In this document: positions 1-9,601 of the stretch, in pieces
How the letters are laid out: every line of letters begins with the position of its first letter
Numbering within the stretch: the first letter of the stretch is position 1
DNA from: Nostoc sp. PCC 7120 = FACHB-418
GTDB lineage: Bacteria; Cyanobacteriota; Cyanobacteriia; Cyanobacteriales; Nostocaceae
NCBI RefSeq assembly: GCF_000009705.1
Contig: NC_003272.1
Span: 3,480,001-3,512,000 of the forward strand
Direction: 5' to 3'
Length of the DNA stretch: 32,000 nucleotides
Made by a program: the position numbers and the translations under genes
Notes under the pieces: model-generated
Seen by the model: the letters and a program-made list of their open reading frames with translations, nothing else
What the model was told of the DNA's origin: nothing
Database searches by the model: none

Positions 1-752
1 CTCGTGGTGAGAGTATTACCGAATTACCAGTACTCAATAACCCTTACTCTTCAGTTAATGCAGCCTTTGAAATGCTCCAGATTAATCTGGGTTTCACCTT
101 TTCTGATAAGAAACTGAAGGTAATTGTGGTTAGCAGTTGCGTGATGAATGAGGGTAAGTCTTTTATTGCTGCTAATTTGGCGGTAGCAACTGCCCAAATG
201 GGACGGCGAGTATTATTGATTGATGCAGATATGCGTCGCCCACGTCAACATGAAATGTGGCAGCAACCTAACTTGATGGGATTAAGCAATGTTTTAGTGG
301 GTCAGGCTACCCTAGCCGAAGCTGCTAAGGAAGTGGTAATTAATCTAGAATTACTTACTTCTGGTACTATACCGCCTAACCCAGCTGCACTACTAGATTC
401 ACAGCGTATGAATGCGTTACTCCAACAAGCGGCTAAAGATTATGACTGCGTAATTATTGACACTCCACCTTTAAGTGTTTTGGCGGATGCTTCGATAGTA
501 AGCAAGATGGCGGATGGAATGCTATTGGTTGTACGTCCTGGTGTGGTTAATTCGGCTGCGGCTAAGACTACAAAGACACTTATTGAGCATTCGCGTGTGC
601 CAGTCTTGGGAATGGTGGTGAATTGTGTAGCTACTGATAGTAATGACTACAGTTACTACTACTCCCATAAAAATACTGGAGAGAGTAATTCTAGCAAGAA
701 GGATAGGATTAAGTCTAATTTAAGTAAGATTACTGGGTTAAGACTGCTGTAA
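1..752 (+). CDS. Wzc-like polysaccharide co-polymerase, C-terminal bacterial tyrosine (BY) kinase domain; the 5' end lies outside the window
   Basis: The frame is open from nt 3 (RGESITELPVLNNPYSSVNAAFEMLQINLGF...), so the ATG at 72 is internal. Walker A VMNEGKS, Walker A' LLIDADMRRP, Walker B CVIIDTPP, and a C-terminal Tyr cluster DYSYYYSH. Confidence 0.85.
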   Translation, partial: RGESITELPVLNNPYSSVNAAFEMLQINLGFTFSDKKLKVIVVSSCVMNEGKSFIAANLAVATAQMGRRVLLIDADMRRPRQHEMWQQPNLMGLSNVLVGQATLAEAAKEVVINLELLTSGTIPPNPAALLDSQRMNALLQQAAKDYDCVIIDTPPLSVLADASIVSKMADGMLLVVRPGVVNSAAAKTTKTLIEHSRVPVLGMVVNCVATDSNDYSYYYSHKNTGESNSSKKDRIKSNLSKITGLRLL

Positions 753-1173
753 CTGGTTAATATTTTAGAGAAACCCGTGTTATCTCTGAGGTGTTAAAGA
801 TTTAGCTTGGGTAAAGTTATAGGCGAAACATGAAGTTAATACGGTTGGTATATAAGAATCCAGTTCGATCTCTGAAAAATCAAGCTAGTTAGCTAAAAGC
901 TTGTCTTGTAAAAGAACATTGATGACTTTAAATTTTTTGGAACAGAAGCATGTTTTCCTAGTAAAACTAGTTTGTTTCAATTTAGTTGGAGATGATTTTC
1001 CAAAGTTCAATATTACTGTTTATTTGAATCAAGTGATTTTAAATAGGTTTAATAAAGAACATTTAACAGGTATAAAATCCGCTAGTACATCAAGCTTTTA
1101 TGCTACTTATAAAATTAAGTAGCCTTGAAAGTTTGAGTTACTAAATAATGCTTCCTTTTCATCAGATAATCTA

Positions 1174-2637
1174 ATGCTTAGACACGGATTTTATAATCTT
1201 GTAGGAAATTCTACTCGCCTATTAGTGAGTATTGTTTCTACTCCTATTCTAATTCGTTCCCTTGGAATTGAAAACTATGGATTATGGACGCTTGTTTCAA
1301 GTACATTGGTAGTTGTGAGTTTAGCAGAAGGTGGATTATCTGCATCAACTACATTTTTTACATCGAGAGATTTAGGGCGTGGTCACAAAGATGACCTTCT
1401 GACAACTTTAACGATGATCGGTGGGGCTATGTTTGTTTTAGCGACACTGATATTTACCATCCTATTTTTTATTTCACCTATTGTTGCAGCTTCATTTCCA
1501 AACTTGAGTGATGCACAGCGTTTAATAATTACACCAACACTGAAGTGGGGTGGTGTAGCTATTTGGTGTCGCATGGTACAAGGTGTCTTTGGTGGTACAG
1601 AGCAAGCCTATGAGAAGTATGCTTTGAATAATTTACTTAATACTCTGCAAGGTGTATTTGCAAATATTGGAATGATGATTCTAGCTTGGCAGGGTGCGAG
1701 TATAATTGTTCTAATGGAATGGCAGGTTTTCGTTGGTGTTATAACTCTTGGGTGTCATGCTTGGTTAACTCTGACGCTACTCAAAATAACTGATCACAGA
1801 ATTAGAATATCTTGGAATTGGGCGAAGGTATTAGAGATTATTCGATATAGTTGTTCAGTTTGGATTACCTCTATTGGTAATGTTCTATTTAGTCAGTTTG
1901 ATAAAATTATCGTTGGGGCATTACTAGGTTCAAAATTGTTAGGAGTATATTCGGCAATTACTAGTGTTTGTTCTCAAATAAACAATTTTTCAGCAACTGT
2001 TGTACAACCCATATTACCTAAGTTATCAACTATAGCATCTCAGGATAATTTCAATAGTGACGCTTTAAAAATTAAAATAAAGCAAGCTTATCAGATGAAT
2101 GCAGGAATTGCATTTGGTCTTGGTGGGATGCTTTTAGTAATTTCCCCAATTTTTAGTAAATTTATTTTTAAGCAAGATTATTCAGAGATATATTTATTAG
2201 CATTTAAGATTGGAATCATTATTTACACTTTATATTCAATCAGTGGTTCGGCGTACTATATTTTGCTGGGTATAGGTCTAAGTGGTTCATTGATGAAAGT
2301 TATACTTTCTTGTAGCCTCTTTTCATTACTTATGATTTATGTTGGAGCATCTTTCTATGGACTACTGGGTGCTATTGTCGGAAATTCTGGTTTTATTGTA
2401 ACCCAGGCTTTAAATTTTATTCTTTTTAAAAAATTCGGTTTGAAGCTAAAAGAATATTTGAAATGGATTGAAAAATATCTAATAATTTTTATTTTGATAA
2501 GTCTCCTGGAAATTTACTTGGGAAATTATTTATCAATATGGCTAAGATTTGGAATACTGGCTTTTCAAGTTGTTTTCTTAGGAAAAAATTTTCTTCAAGA
2601 ACAGAAATTATCAATCAATAAAATGCTGAAGGTATAA
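1174..2637 (+). CDS. wzx: Wzx-type oligosaccharide flippase (MOP superfamily polysaccharide biosynthesis protein)
   Basis: 487 aa with many hydrophobic segments. The N-terminus MLRHGFYNLVGNSTRLLVSIVSTPILIRSLGIENYGLW resembles the Wzx/RfbX signature. It sits in a locus with Wzy and a BY-kinase. Confidence 0.75.
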   Translation: MLRHGFYNLVGNSTRLLVSIVSTPILIRSLGIENYGLWTLVSSTLVVVSLAEGGLSASTTFFTSRDLGRGHKDDLLTTLTMIGGAMFVLATLIFTILFFISPIVAASFPNLSDAQRLIITPTLKWGGVAIWCRMVQGVFGGTEQAYEKYALNNLLNTLQGVFANIGMMILAWQGASIIVLMEWQVFVGVITLGCHAWLTLTLLKITDHRIRISWNWAKVLEIIRYSCSVWITSIGNVLFSQFDKIIVGALLGSKLLGVYSAITSVCSQINNFSATVVQPILPKLSTIASQDNFNSDALKIKIKQAYQMNAGIAFGLGGMLLVISPIFSKFIFKQDYSEIYLLAFKIGIIIYTLYSISGSAYYILLGIGLSGSLMKVILSCSLFSLLMIYVGASFYGLLGAIVGNSGFIVTQALNFILFKKFGLKLKEYLKWIEKYLIIFILISLLEIYLGNYLSIWLRFGILAFQVVFLGKNFLQEQKLSINKMLKV

Positions 2638-2662
2638 TTACATTTTTGTTAGAGGAATACTA

Positions 2663-3427
2663 ATGACTTATCTGAAAAAAATTGCATTATGGGTACACTC
2701 TATTCACGCACATGCTTACTCATCCTACAAAGTTCGTGAAACTGGTTTAGCAGCTTCCCATAAGCTAAACGCAGATGAAAGAGAGTTTTTTCTTAAATTG
2801 AAACCTACATTAGGAGGAGAAAATTTAGTAGTTTACGATATTGGTGCAGCTAAAGGTACCGTATCTAGTTGTCTTGCTAAACTTCCAAATGTTTCCTCTG
2901 TCCACGCATTTGAACCTCTTATAGATGTTTTTGAGCAATTAGAAATTCGTATGAAGCCTTTCCATAAAGTTAATTGTCATAATGTTGCTTTAGGTAATAA
3001 AGAAGGCTGTTTTCCCATGTATGTTAATAACTGGACTGCTTGCAGTTCTTTTCTTCCAACTTCCAAGTATTTAAAAGAACAAATATCTGGTATGGGTAAT
3101 AGTTACAAAATACCTGTTCAAGTTTCTTGTCTAGATAAATATGTGGAGGAAAATCAGCTTCCAAAACCTAATGTAGTTAAGATAGATGTTCAGGGGTTTG
3201 AAAAAAAAGTTATTGAAGGAGGAATTAATACAGTCCGCCACTCAAAGTATTGCTTTATAGAAATGAGCTTCCAGACTTTGTATGAAGATAGCCCTCAATT
3301 TGATGAAATTTACCGTTATGTGTGTGATTTAGGATTTCGGCTAATAGGTCTTTCTAGCCCTCTGATTAGCCCATCTGGAGTGCATCTTCAAGTAGATGGA
3401 ATATTTGAAAACATTTATGTACGATAA
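2663..3427 (+). CDS. FkbM-family SAM-dependent methyltransferase
   Basis: Motifs VVYDIGAAKGT (SAM motif I), HAFEP and VVKIDVQGFEKKVIEGG are typical of the FkbM family. Confidence 0.8.
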   Translation: MTYLKKIALWVHSIHAHAYSSYKVRETGLAASHKLNADEREFFLKLKPTLGGENLVVYDIGAAKGTVSSCLAKLPNVSSVHAFEPLIDVFEQLEIRMKPFHKVNCHNVALGNKEGCFPMYVNNWTACSSFLPTSKYLKEQISGMGNSYKIPVQVSCLDKYVEENQLPKPNVVKIDVQGFEKKVIEGGINTVRHSKYCFIEMSFQTLYEDSPQFDEIYRYVCDLGFRLIGLSSPLISPSGVHLQVDGIFENIYVR

Positions 3428-3556
3428 TATTGATTTCAATTCAATGAAAAAAGCTCATTTTTTAAAGTCTTGCTAGAGGATTAATTTAAAATGTATATCT
3501 TAAAATAGAAAAATCTTCTACAGCCCTGATTAGTAAAATATAAATGAAGGAAAATC

Positions 3557-4435
3557 ATGCTTACCTTGAATTCATATATCAAACATAATCCTACTTTAAT
3601 GAAACTGATTTCACCAATTATAAATATCAGAAGATATTTTTTGAGGAAAAATAGTGATTTTAGAATTAAAGCATATAATCAACTTTGCGAAATATTAGTC
3701 ACAGATCCAGTAATTCACGTTGATGAGTTTAATGGAAATTTTTTGATTGATAAACGCTCAACTTTATTGCGTCGTATTCTTCTAGAAGGATATTATGAGC
3801 CAAAGCTTGTTGAATATTGTTCTAAGTATATTGATTTCAATAAAGATATAATAGATGTGGGTGCAAATATAGGGTTTTACAGTGTTTTATGTGCTAAAAA
3901 AATTAATCAGCGTAATAGAGTTTTATCAATTGAGCCAACTAAAAATGCTTTTGAAAAGTTAATTCATAATCTAGAACTAAATGAGGTTAACTTAAAAGTA
4001 ATTTCATATAATGGTGTTGCTTCTAATATAATAGGGGAAGTTGAAATTAATACAGTTATTGGCAAAGAAGAATATTCAAGTCTTGGCGCGATGAGCCATC
4101 CATCAATATCCAGAGATTCTTATACATCTTGTAAGGTAGAAAGTTCAACTATAGACTTTCTTGTTGAAAAATACTCATTGAAGCCTGGCTTCATCAAAAT
4201 TGATGTTGAAGGTGCTGAAAACTTAGTCTTAGAAGGGTGCAAAAAAGTATTAACAGAAAATCATCCTGTTATTTTAATGGAAGTTTCAGATGCCTTATTG
4301 AAAAAAAATGGTTCATCTGCTAAGTCTGTAATTGATACTATTTATTCTTATAAATACGATATTATCGTTCCTGGATTTCCTAAAGAATTACCAGGAGAAC
4401 GGGATTACGGAGATATACTATGTATTCCTAAATGA
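3557..4435 (+). CDS. FkbM-family SAM-dependent methyltransferase (second, tandem copy)
   Basis: Motifs IIDVGANIGFYSV, SIEP and FIKIDVEGAENLVLEG. It is a divergent paralog of the preceding gene. Confidence 0.8.
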   Translation: MLTLNSYIKHNPTLMKLISPIINIRRYFLRKNSDFRIKAYNQLCEILVTDPVIHVDEFNGNFLIDKRSTLLRRILLEGYYEPKLVEYCSKYIDFNKDIIDVGANIGFYSVLCAKKINQRNRVLSIEPTKNAFEKLIHNLELNEVNLKVISYNGVASNIIGEVEINTVIGKEEYSSLGAMSHPSISRDSYTSCKVESSTIDFLVEKYSLKPGFIKIDVEGAENLVLEGCKKVLTENHPVILMEVSDALLKKNGSSAKSVIDTIYSYKYDIIVPGFPKELPGERDYGDILCIPK

Positions 4436-4461
4436 ATAATTAGATACAAAATGTTCCATTT

Positions 4462-4501
4462 TATTTCATGATTATTCAATAAATTGAATAATCATGAAAT
4501 A
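4462..4501. repeat. Perfect 40-bp palindrome (19-bp arms, 2-nt centre) between the second FkbM gene and the GT1 gene
   Basis: The sequence reads tatttcatgattattcaat-aa-attgaataatcatgaaata. Arms 4462-4480 and 4483-4501 are exact reverse complements. Confidence 0.9.
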
Positions 4502-4550
4502 GTTAATTTCAAGTCTTGAAGATTTATACCTAAAGCAGAATCTAGTTAAT

Positions 4551-5792
4551 ATGGATCACCGTATAATGCTTTTCGATTTGGCAGCAGGAGGACATCATCC
4601 AAGTTATATTCGTCATTTAATTAATTATTGGCGTAATGAAAACTTACCCGTTAAACTAGATATAGTTGTATCACCTAAGTTTATAGATGACCACTCTGAT
4701 ATTGTAAAAATTCAAATAGAGAATGATCAATCACAAATTAGATTTATATCAATAACTCTAGAAGAATATTCAGGTTTAATTAGTAAACAGTTTTTATTAA
4801 AAAGATATTTTAAAGAATGGAATTTATATTGTAAATATGCTGATGAACTAAAAGCAGAACACTGCTTATTAATGTATTTAGATACTCTTCAATTACCTAT
4901 AGTTTTTGGAAAAAAATCTCCTTGTAAGTTTTCTGGTATTTATTTTAGACCTACATTTCATTACACAGATTTTGATAAATACGCATTTTCTTGGAAAGAT
5001 ATCTTTCGACGATGGCGGCAAAAATTGCTTTTATCTAGAGTTTTAAATAATCCACAATTTCAATACTTGTTTTCCTTAGACAAATTCGCAGTTAAACATA
5101 TCGAAAATCTTCATACTCAAGCAAAAGTCTTTCATTTAGCTGACCCAGTGATAAAATATAATTTTGACCAAGCTAAAATAGATAAGCTACGTCAAAAGCT
5201 TGGAATCGATAATGACAGAAAAATATTTATTTTGTTTGGTAAATTAACTATTCGCAAGGGAATTTATCAGCTACTAGAGGCTATTAAGCTTATGCCTTCT
5301 GGACTTTGTAAAAAGCTATCTTTATTATTAGTAGGTTCCATATCATCAGCAGACGAAATATCAATACAGAGTCAAATAAAAATAGTTTCTCAATCTTTAC
5401 CTATACAAATAATTACCTGTTATAAATTTATTGCAGAAGAGGAGGTTAACCTCTATTTTCAGCTAGCTGATGTGATACTAGCGCCTTACCAAAAACATGT
5501 TGGGATGAGTGGGATATTATTACTTGCTGCTGCGGCTGAAAAGCCTGTTTTGGCTTCTAATTACGGTCTGATGGGTCAGTTGGTAATTCAGAATAGACTT
5601 GGGTTAGCTGTTGATTCAACATCACCTCAAGCAATTGCTAATGGGATCATATATTTTATTAATAATGATCAGCATCAAACAGCTTATCTTGATTTAAAAA
5701 TGATAAATAGTTTTATAGAGGAAAATTCAGTAAAAAACTTTTCTTATACTTTGTTTCAACATATTTATGCACAAATAAATGATTATGTATAA
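4551..5792 (+). CDS. Glycosyltransferase, GT-B fold (family 1-like)
   Basis: The C-terminal half carries FILFGKLTIRKGIYQLLEA and ADVILAPYQKHVGMSGILLLAAAAEKPVLAS, both GT1-like. I do not recognise the N-terminal half. Confidence 0.65.
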   Translation: MDHRIMLFDLAAGGHHPSYIRHLINYWRNENLPVKLDIVVSPKFIDDHSDIVKIQIENDQSQIRFISITLEEYSGLISKQFLLKRYFKEWNLYCKYADELKAEHCLLMYLDTLQLPIVFGKKSPCKFSGIYFRPTFHYTDFDKYAFSWKDIFRRWRQKLLLSRVLNNPQFQYLFSLDKFAVKHIENLHTQAKVFHLADPVIKYNFDQAKIDKLRQKLGIDNDRKIFILFGKLTIRKGIYQLLEAIKLMPSGLCKKLSLLLVGSISSADEISIQSQIKIVSQSLPIQIITCYKFIAEEEVNLYFQLADVILAPYQKHVGMSGILLLAAAAEKPVLASNYGLMGQLVIQNRLGLAVDSTSPQAIANGIIYFINNDQHQTAYLDLKMINSFIEENSVKNFSYTLFQHIYAQINDYV

Positions 5793-5858
5793 ATGGGCAG
5801 ATATATATTTCTTTGCTTTAATTAAGTTCTATAATAACTAGATGAGAACCAAATTCTG

Positions 5859-7265
5859 ATGATAAATACTAAAGAAAATATTCATGATTTTTTTATTAAA
5901 AGCAATATTATTGATATAAAAATACTTTGGAATATTTTTGTTTACCTTATTTTATTAATATTTATCCTATTTTTATTTCCTTCCTTAACACCAATTATAT
6001 TTATTGGTTTAGGCATTTATAGTTTGTTTGGCATCAATCAATCAATACAATCAATATTGATTGCTTTTTTAATCAAAAGCCTAAATTCTGGCTTATTCAA
6101 TAACATAGAAAATTTTGCTAAATTTCACTGGATTGTTTTATATGTTGCTAGTATTAAAATACTAGTTGTCTGTTTACATAAAAAAATAGTACCTAAAAAA
6201 TTTTTAGTTCAAATATCCTCATGCTATTTAGTTTTATTTTCAATTTCATTATTTAGCTTATATCCTGTTATTTCTTATTTGAAACTTGCGAATTTTATCT
6301 TTTTTTCTTTTTCCTTAGTTTCTGGAATTCATATTGTAAAAAAAGACGTATCTTATTGGTTATCATGGTTATTTACTTTATATCTGTTTGTTTGTACTAT
6401 AAGCTTATTTTTACTTGGATCTCCATTAGGTTATTTCACTAAAAATGGTTTATTTCAAGGTATTCTTGATCATCCCCAATTATTTGGTATATTTTGTTCT
6501 CCTTTTATATCTTTATTAGTTTTCCAAATTAATATAAACAAAAGCAATATATTGATATTTTATGCAATTTTTATAGGGATATTTTCTATTTTTCATTCAG
6601 GAACTAGAACAGCTTTATTAGCTGTATTAGCATCGGTAATTACTTCAATCATTTTATTTGCTATATTTAAACCTAATTTTTTACTCAGGTTGCAAATACA
6701 TTGTAGAAAACAACAATTATTATATATATTTTCAATAATAATAATTATTTTAACCAGCTTGTCGCTATCTTTATTTAATTTAAATGAAACTTTACTATCT
6801 CCAGTTAATAATTTCTTGAATAAGGGACGTTATTATGAATCTTTTGATAGACTTGCTGAAGATTCTAGAGGTAATGTTATAGAAAAATCACTAAACAATT
6901 TTTATAATTATCCTATTACAGGAATTGGTTTTGGTATACCTTCAGATTATGAAATGTTTGAAATTGGTGAGGGTATCGAAGGTGTTCCTATTAGTGTACC
7001 TACGTTAAAAGGCTCACTACCATCAGCAATACTTGAAGAAACTGGAATTATTGGAACTATTGCTTTTATACTTTTCTTATTTTCTTCAATAAAATATTTT
7101 ATTGATAATTCAAATATGTCAATATTGTCCTTATACTTATCATGTTTCTTTGTAAATCTTGGAGAGTTTAATATTTTTTCTTTTGGAGGAGCAGGTCAAT
7201 ACTTTTGGTTTTTTATTGCAATTGCTTTTGCTTTTGCTTCATTAAATGAGAACTTTTCTAAGTAA
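5859..7265 (+). CDS. wzy: Wzy-type O-antigen/EPS polymerase (O-antigen ligase-like family)
   Basis: 468 aa, polytopic, extremely Phe/Ile/Leu-rich. It has an HSGTRTALLAVL motif followed by a large hydrophilic loop (RGNVIEKSLNNFYNYPITGIGFG), as in Wzy_C-type proteins. Confidence 0.7.
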   Translation: MINTKENIHDFFIKSNIIDIKILWNIFVYLILLIFILFLFPSLTPIIFIGLGIYSLFGINQSIQSILIAFLIKSLNSGLFNNIENFAKFHWIVLYVASIKILVVCLHKKIVPKKFLVQISSCYLVLFSISLFSLYPVISYLKLANFIFFSFSLVSGIHIVKKDVSYWLSWLFTLYLFVCTISLFLLGSPLGYFTKNGLFQGILDHPQLFGIFCSPFISLLVFQININKSNILIFYAIFIGIFSIFHSGTRTALLAVLASVITSIILFAIFKPNFLLRLQIHCRKQQLLYIFSIIIIILTSLSLSLFNLNETLLSPVNNFLNKGRYYESFDRLAEDSRGNVIEKSLNNFYNYPITGIGFGIPSDYEMFEIGEGIEGVPISVPTLKGSLPSAILEETGIIGTIAFILFLFSSIKYFIDNSNMSILSLYLSCFFVNLGEFNIFSFGGAGQYFWFFIAIAFAFASLNENFSK

Positions 7266-7307
7266 AAATTATTTTCGTTTACTTATCCTTGTAAAAATTT
7301 ACTTCCT

Positions 7308-8362
7308 ATGATGCAAGATTATCCTTTAGTCGCTATAGCTTGGTCAGGGTTACCAATATATGCTGCTAATTCAATAAAGAAAGCGATTGATAAATTTAAT
7401 AAAAAAGTAATTGTAATAGGTTCCCACCCATCAGTACCTGTAGAGGGAATGGAACATATAATAGGACAAACCATACATTGGATTGATGCTCATAGCTCCT
7501 GCTCTTGGTCTAGATTGAAACTTCCTATTCCTGATATTCTTTTTCAAACAGGATGGAGGAATCAAGGATTTAATGACTTAGCAAAGGAAGTTAGAAAGAA
7601 TGGGGGTCATGTTATTTCAATGATAGATAATTCTTGGAAAAACAACCCTAGACAATGGCTAGGCAGCATTGTTTTTAGATTTATTTATAGATACTGGTTT
7701 AATGCTGTTTGGGTACCTGGTGTATCTGGAATAAAGCTGTGTTCTTTTCTGGGTGTACCAACTAAAATAATATATACAGGTCTATACTGTGCTTCTCAAG
7801 AAACATTTTATCCTGGCTTACCTTTATCACAAAGGAAAAAAAATTTTTATTTGTAGGCCGTTTTATTAAACGTAAGGGAGTTGATTTACTTGTTCAAGCA
7901 TTTAATCGGTTTCAAAAAGAATTTTCTGATTGGCACCTCCATGTAATTGGTTGTGGTGACATGGCAAATCTTTTTCATCATAATCCGAATATTATCATAG
8001 ATGACTTTAAACCGTCTCAATATATTGCTGAAGTTATGAGGGAAAGCCGTTTTTTTATACTACCTAGCCGTGAAGAACATTGGGGGGTTGTGGTACATGA
8101 AGCAGCTCTCTCTGGTTGTGGAATTATTTGTAGTAAAAATGTTGGAGCTTCAGCAGATTTAGTATCTGATAAAAATGGTTTTCTATTCATGCCTAGTTCA
8201 GTAGATAGCTTGTATGAAGCTATGGTAAAAGCAGCCTCAATCCATGAATCTGAGCTTGAATTGGTATTTAACGAAAGCTTGAGGCTGTCATTTAAATTTA
8301 ATCCAGATATATGGGCAACAACTTTTATACAGATAATTGAAGATATGAAAATCTCCAAATAA
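7308..8362 (+). pseudogene. Family-1 glycosyltransferase interrupted by a frameshift in an A8T5 homopolymer run (7836-7848)
   Basis: ORF 7308-7856 ends QRKKNFYL*. The -1 frame, open from 7766, reads KKFLFVGRFIKRKGVDLLVQAFNRFQKEFSDWHLHVIGCGDMANLF... through to 8362. It carries the canonical GT1 motifs FVGRFIKRKG and LPSREEHWGVVVHEAALSGCGIICS. One extra A (A9) would give a single ORF of about 351 aa. Confidence 0.85.
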
Positions 8363-8400
8363 TATGTAACTTAAATAGCAGCTTTATTGTATTTATTTTT

Positions 8401-9579
8401 ATGTCAATCAATCTGAAAATTTTACACTATATCCCGGTTTATGCTCCAGCTTGGAAATTTGGGGGGCCTGTTCTCAGTGTTAGCCGACTTTGTGAGGGAC
8501 TAGCCGCCCTTGGTCATGAAGTAGAGGTATTTACCTCTAATGCTGGACTAGAAAATCAATCAGAATTACCCCTTAATCAGCCAGTCATTCGTAATCAAGT
8601 CAAAGTCAAATATTTTCAGCAAGAACCAGGTATGGGTATTAATTGCCCAGGTATGGAACAAGCTGTAACAGCAAGAGCTAAGGAATTTGACATTATCCAT
8701 ATCACAGGTGTGTGGCAGCGTACTAGTGGCGCAGCTTGCAAAGCAGCTAAAAATCAAGGTGTTCCCTATATCGTTTCACCTAGAGGCGCACTTGGTCCTT
8801 ACTCTTGGCAGCAAAAAACAGCTAAAAAAATACTGTATTACTTCTGGCAAGAACACTTTAATGTGACAAATGCAGCTGGTGTACACTACACTAGCAAGCA
8901 AGAATTACAAGAATGCCATTGGCTACAACTACCAGGAAAATCTTTTATTGTTCCTAACGGCCTAAATACTGAGTTTTGGCAACCTACTTTAGAAGGAGCA
9001 AAAGCGTGGCGTAAATCGCATAACATCGGTGAAGATGAATTCATATTTTTAAATGTAGGCCGCCTTCATCATAAAAAAGGATTAGATTTATTATCTCAAT
9101 CTTTAGTACCGTTACAACACCTGAACTGGCGAATGATTTTTGTAGGTAGTGATGATGATGGTACTCAAGTGAAACTACAGCAGCAGTTTCAATCTGCTAA
9201 CCTTTCAGATAGAGTTCTTTTCCTAGAAAGATGTGAACCTAAAGAACTACCGGTAATCTACTCTGCTGCTAATTTGTTTGTTTTACCCAGCCGACATGAA
9301 AATTTCGGTAACGTTGTCGTCGAGTCTTTAGCCTGTGGATGTCCTGTTTTAATTTCAGACAAAGTAGGATTACATGATGAAGTGACTGAAGGTTGCGTGG
9401 GATGGGTGCGTTCTAGAGTGGTATCAGAGTGGACTGAGGCTATTAGGGAATTTATTCAATATCCTAAAAAAATGCAAGAGGTAATATTGGCATCTAGAAA
9501 ATATGTAGAATCTACATATTCTATAAAAAGAACTGCTCTACAAATGGCTAATAATTATTTTGAAATTATTAATCAATAA
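8401..9579 (+). CDS. Glycosyltransferase family 4 (GT-B)
   Basis: KILHYIPVYAPAWKFGGPVLSVSRLCEGLAALGHEVEVFT (GT4 N-domain), FLNVGRLHHKKGLDLL, and LPSRHENFGNVVVESLACGCPVLISD (E-X7-E). Confidence 0.85.
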   Translation: MSINLKILHYIPVYAPAWKFGGPVLSVSRLCEGLAALGHEVEVFTSNAGLENQSELPLNQPVIRNQVKVKYFQQEPGMGINCPGMEQAVTARAKEFDIIHITGVWQRTSGAACKAAKNQGVPYIVSPRGALGPYSWQQKTAKKILYYFWQEHFNVTNAAGVHYTSKQELQECHWLQLPGKSFIVPNGLNTEFWQPTLEGAKAWRKSHNIGEDEFIFLNVGRLHHKKGLDLLSQSLVPLQHLNWRMIFVGSDDDGTQVKLQQQFQSANLSDRVLFLERCEPKELPVIYSAANLFVLPSRHENFGNVVVESLACGCPVLISDKVGLHDEVTEGCVGWVRSRVVSEWTEAIREFIQYPKKMQEVILASRKYVESTYSIKRTALQMANNYFEIINQ

Positions 9580-9601
9580 GTGAATTGAACAGGAATAAAC
9601 C

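Noticed and set aside
901-1122. A 73-aa ORF in the gap between the wzc-like gene and wzx
   Set aside because: It has a TTG start, no ribosome-binding site and no recognisable motif. Its composition is simply that of the AT-rich spacer, so it is more likely promoter or leader DNA for the wzx operon.
7961-8362. A 133-aa ORF treated as an independent small gene
   Set aside because: Its frame is open back to 7766 and encodes the canonical GT1 FVGRFIKRKG motif upstream of the ATG. It is the C-terminal part of the frameshifted glycosyltransferase.
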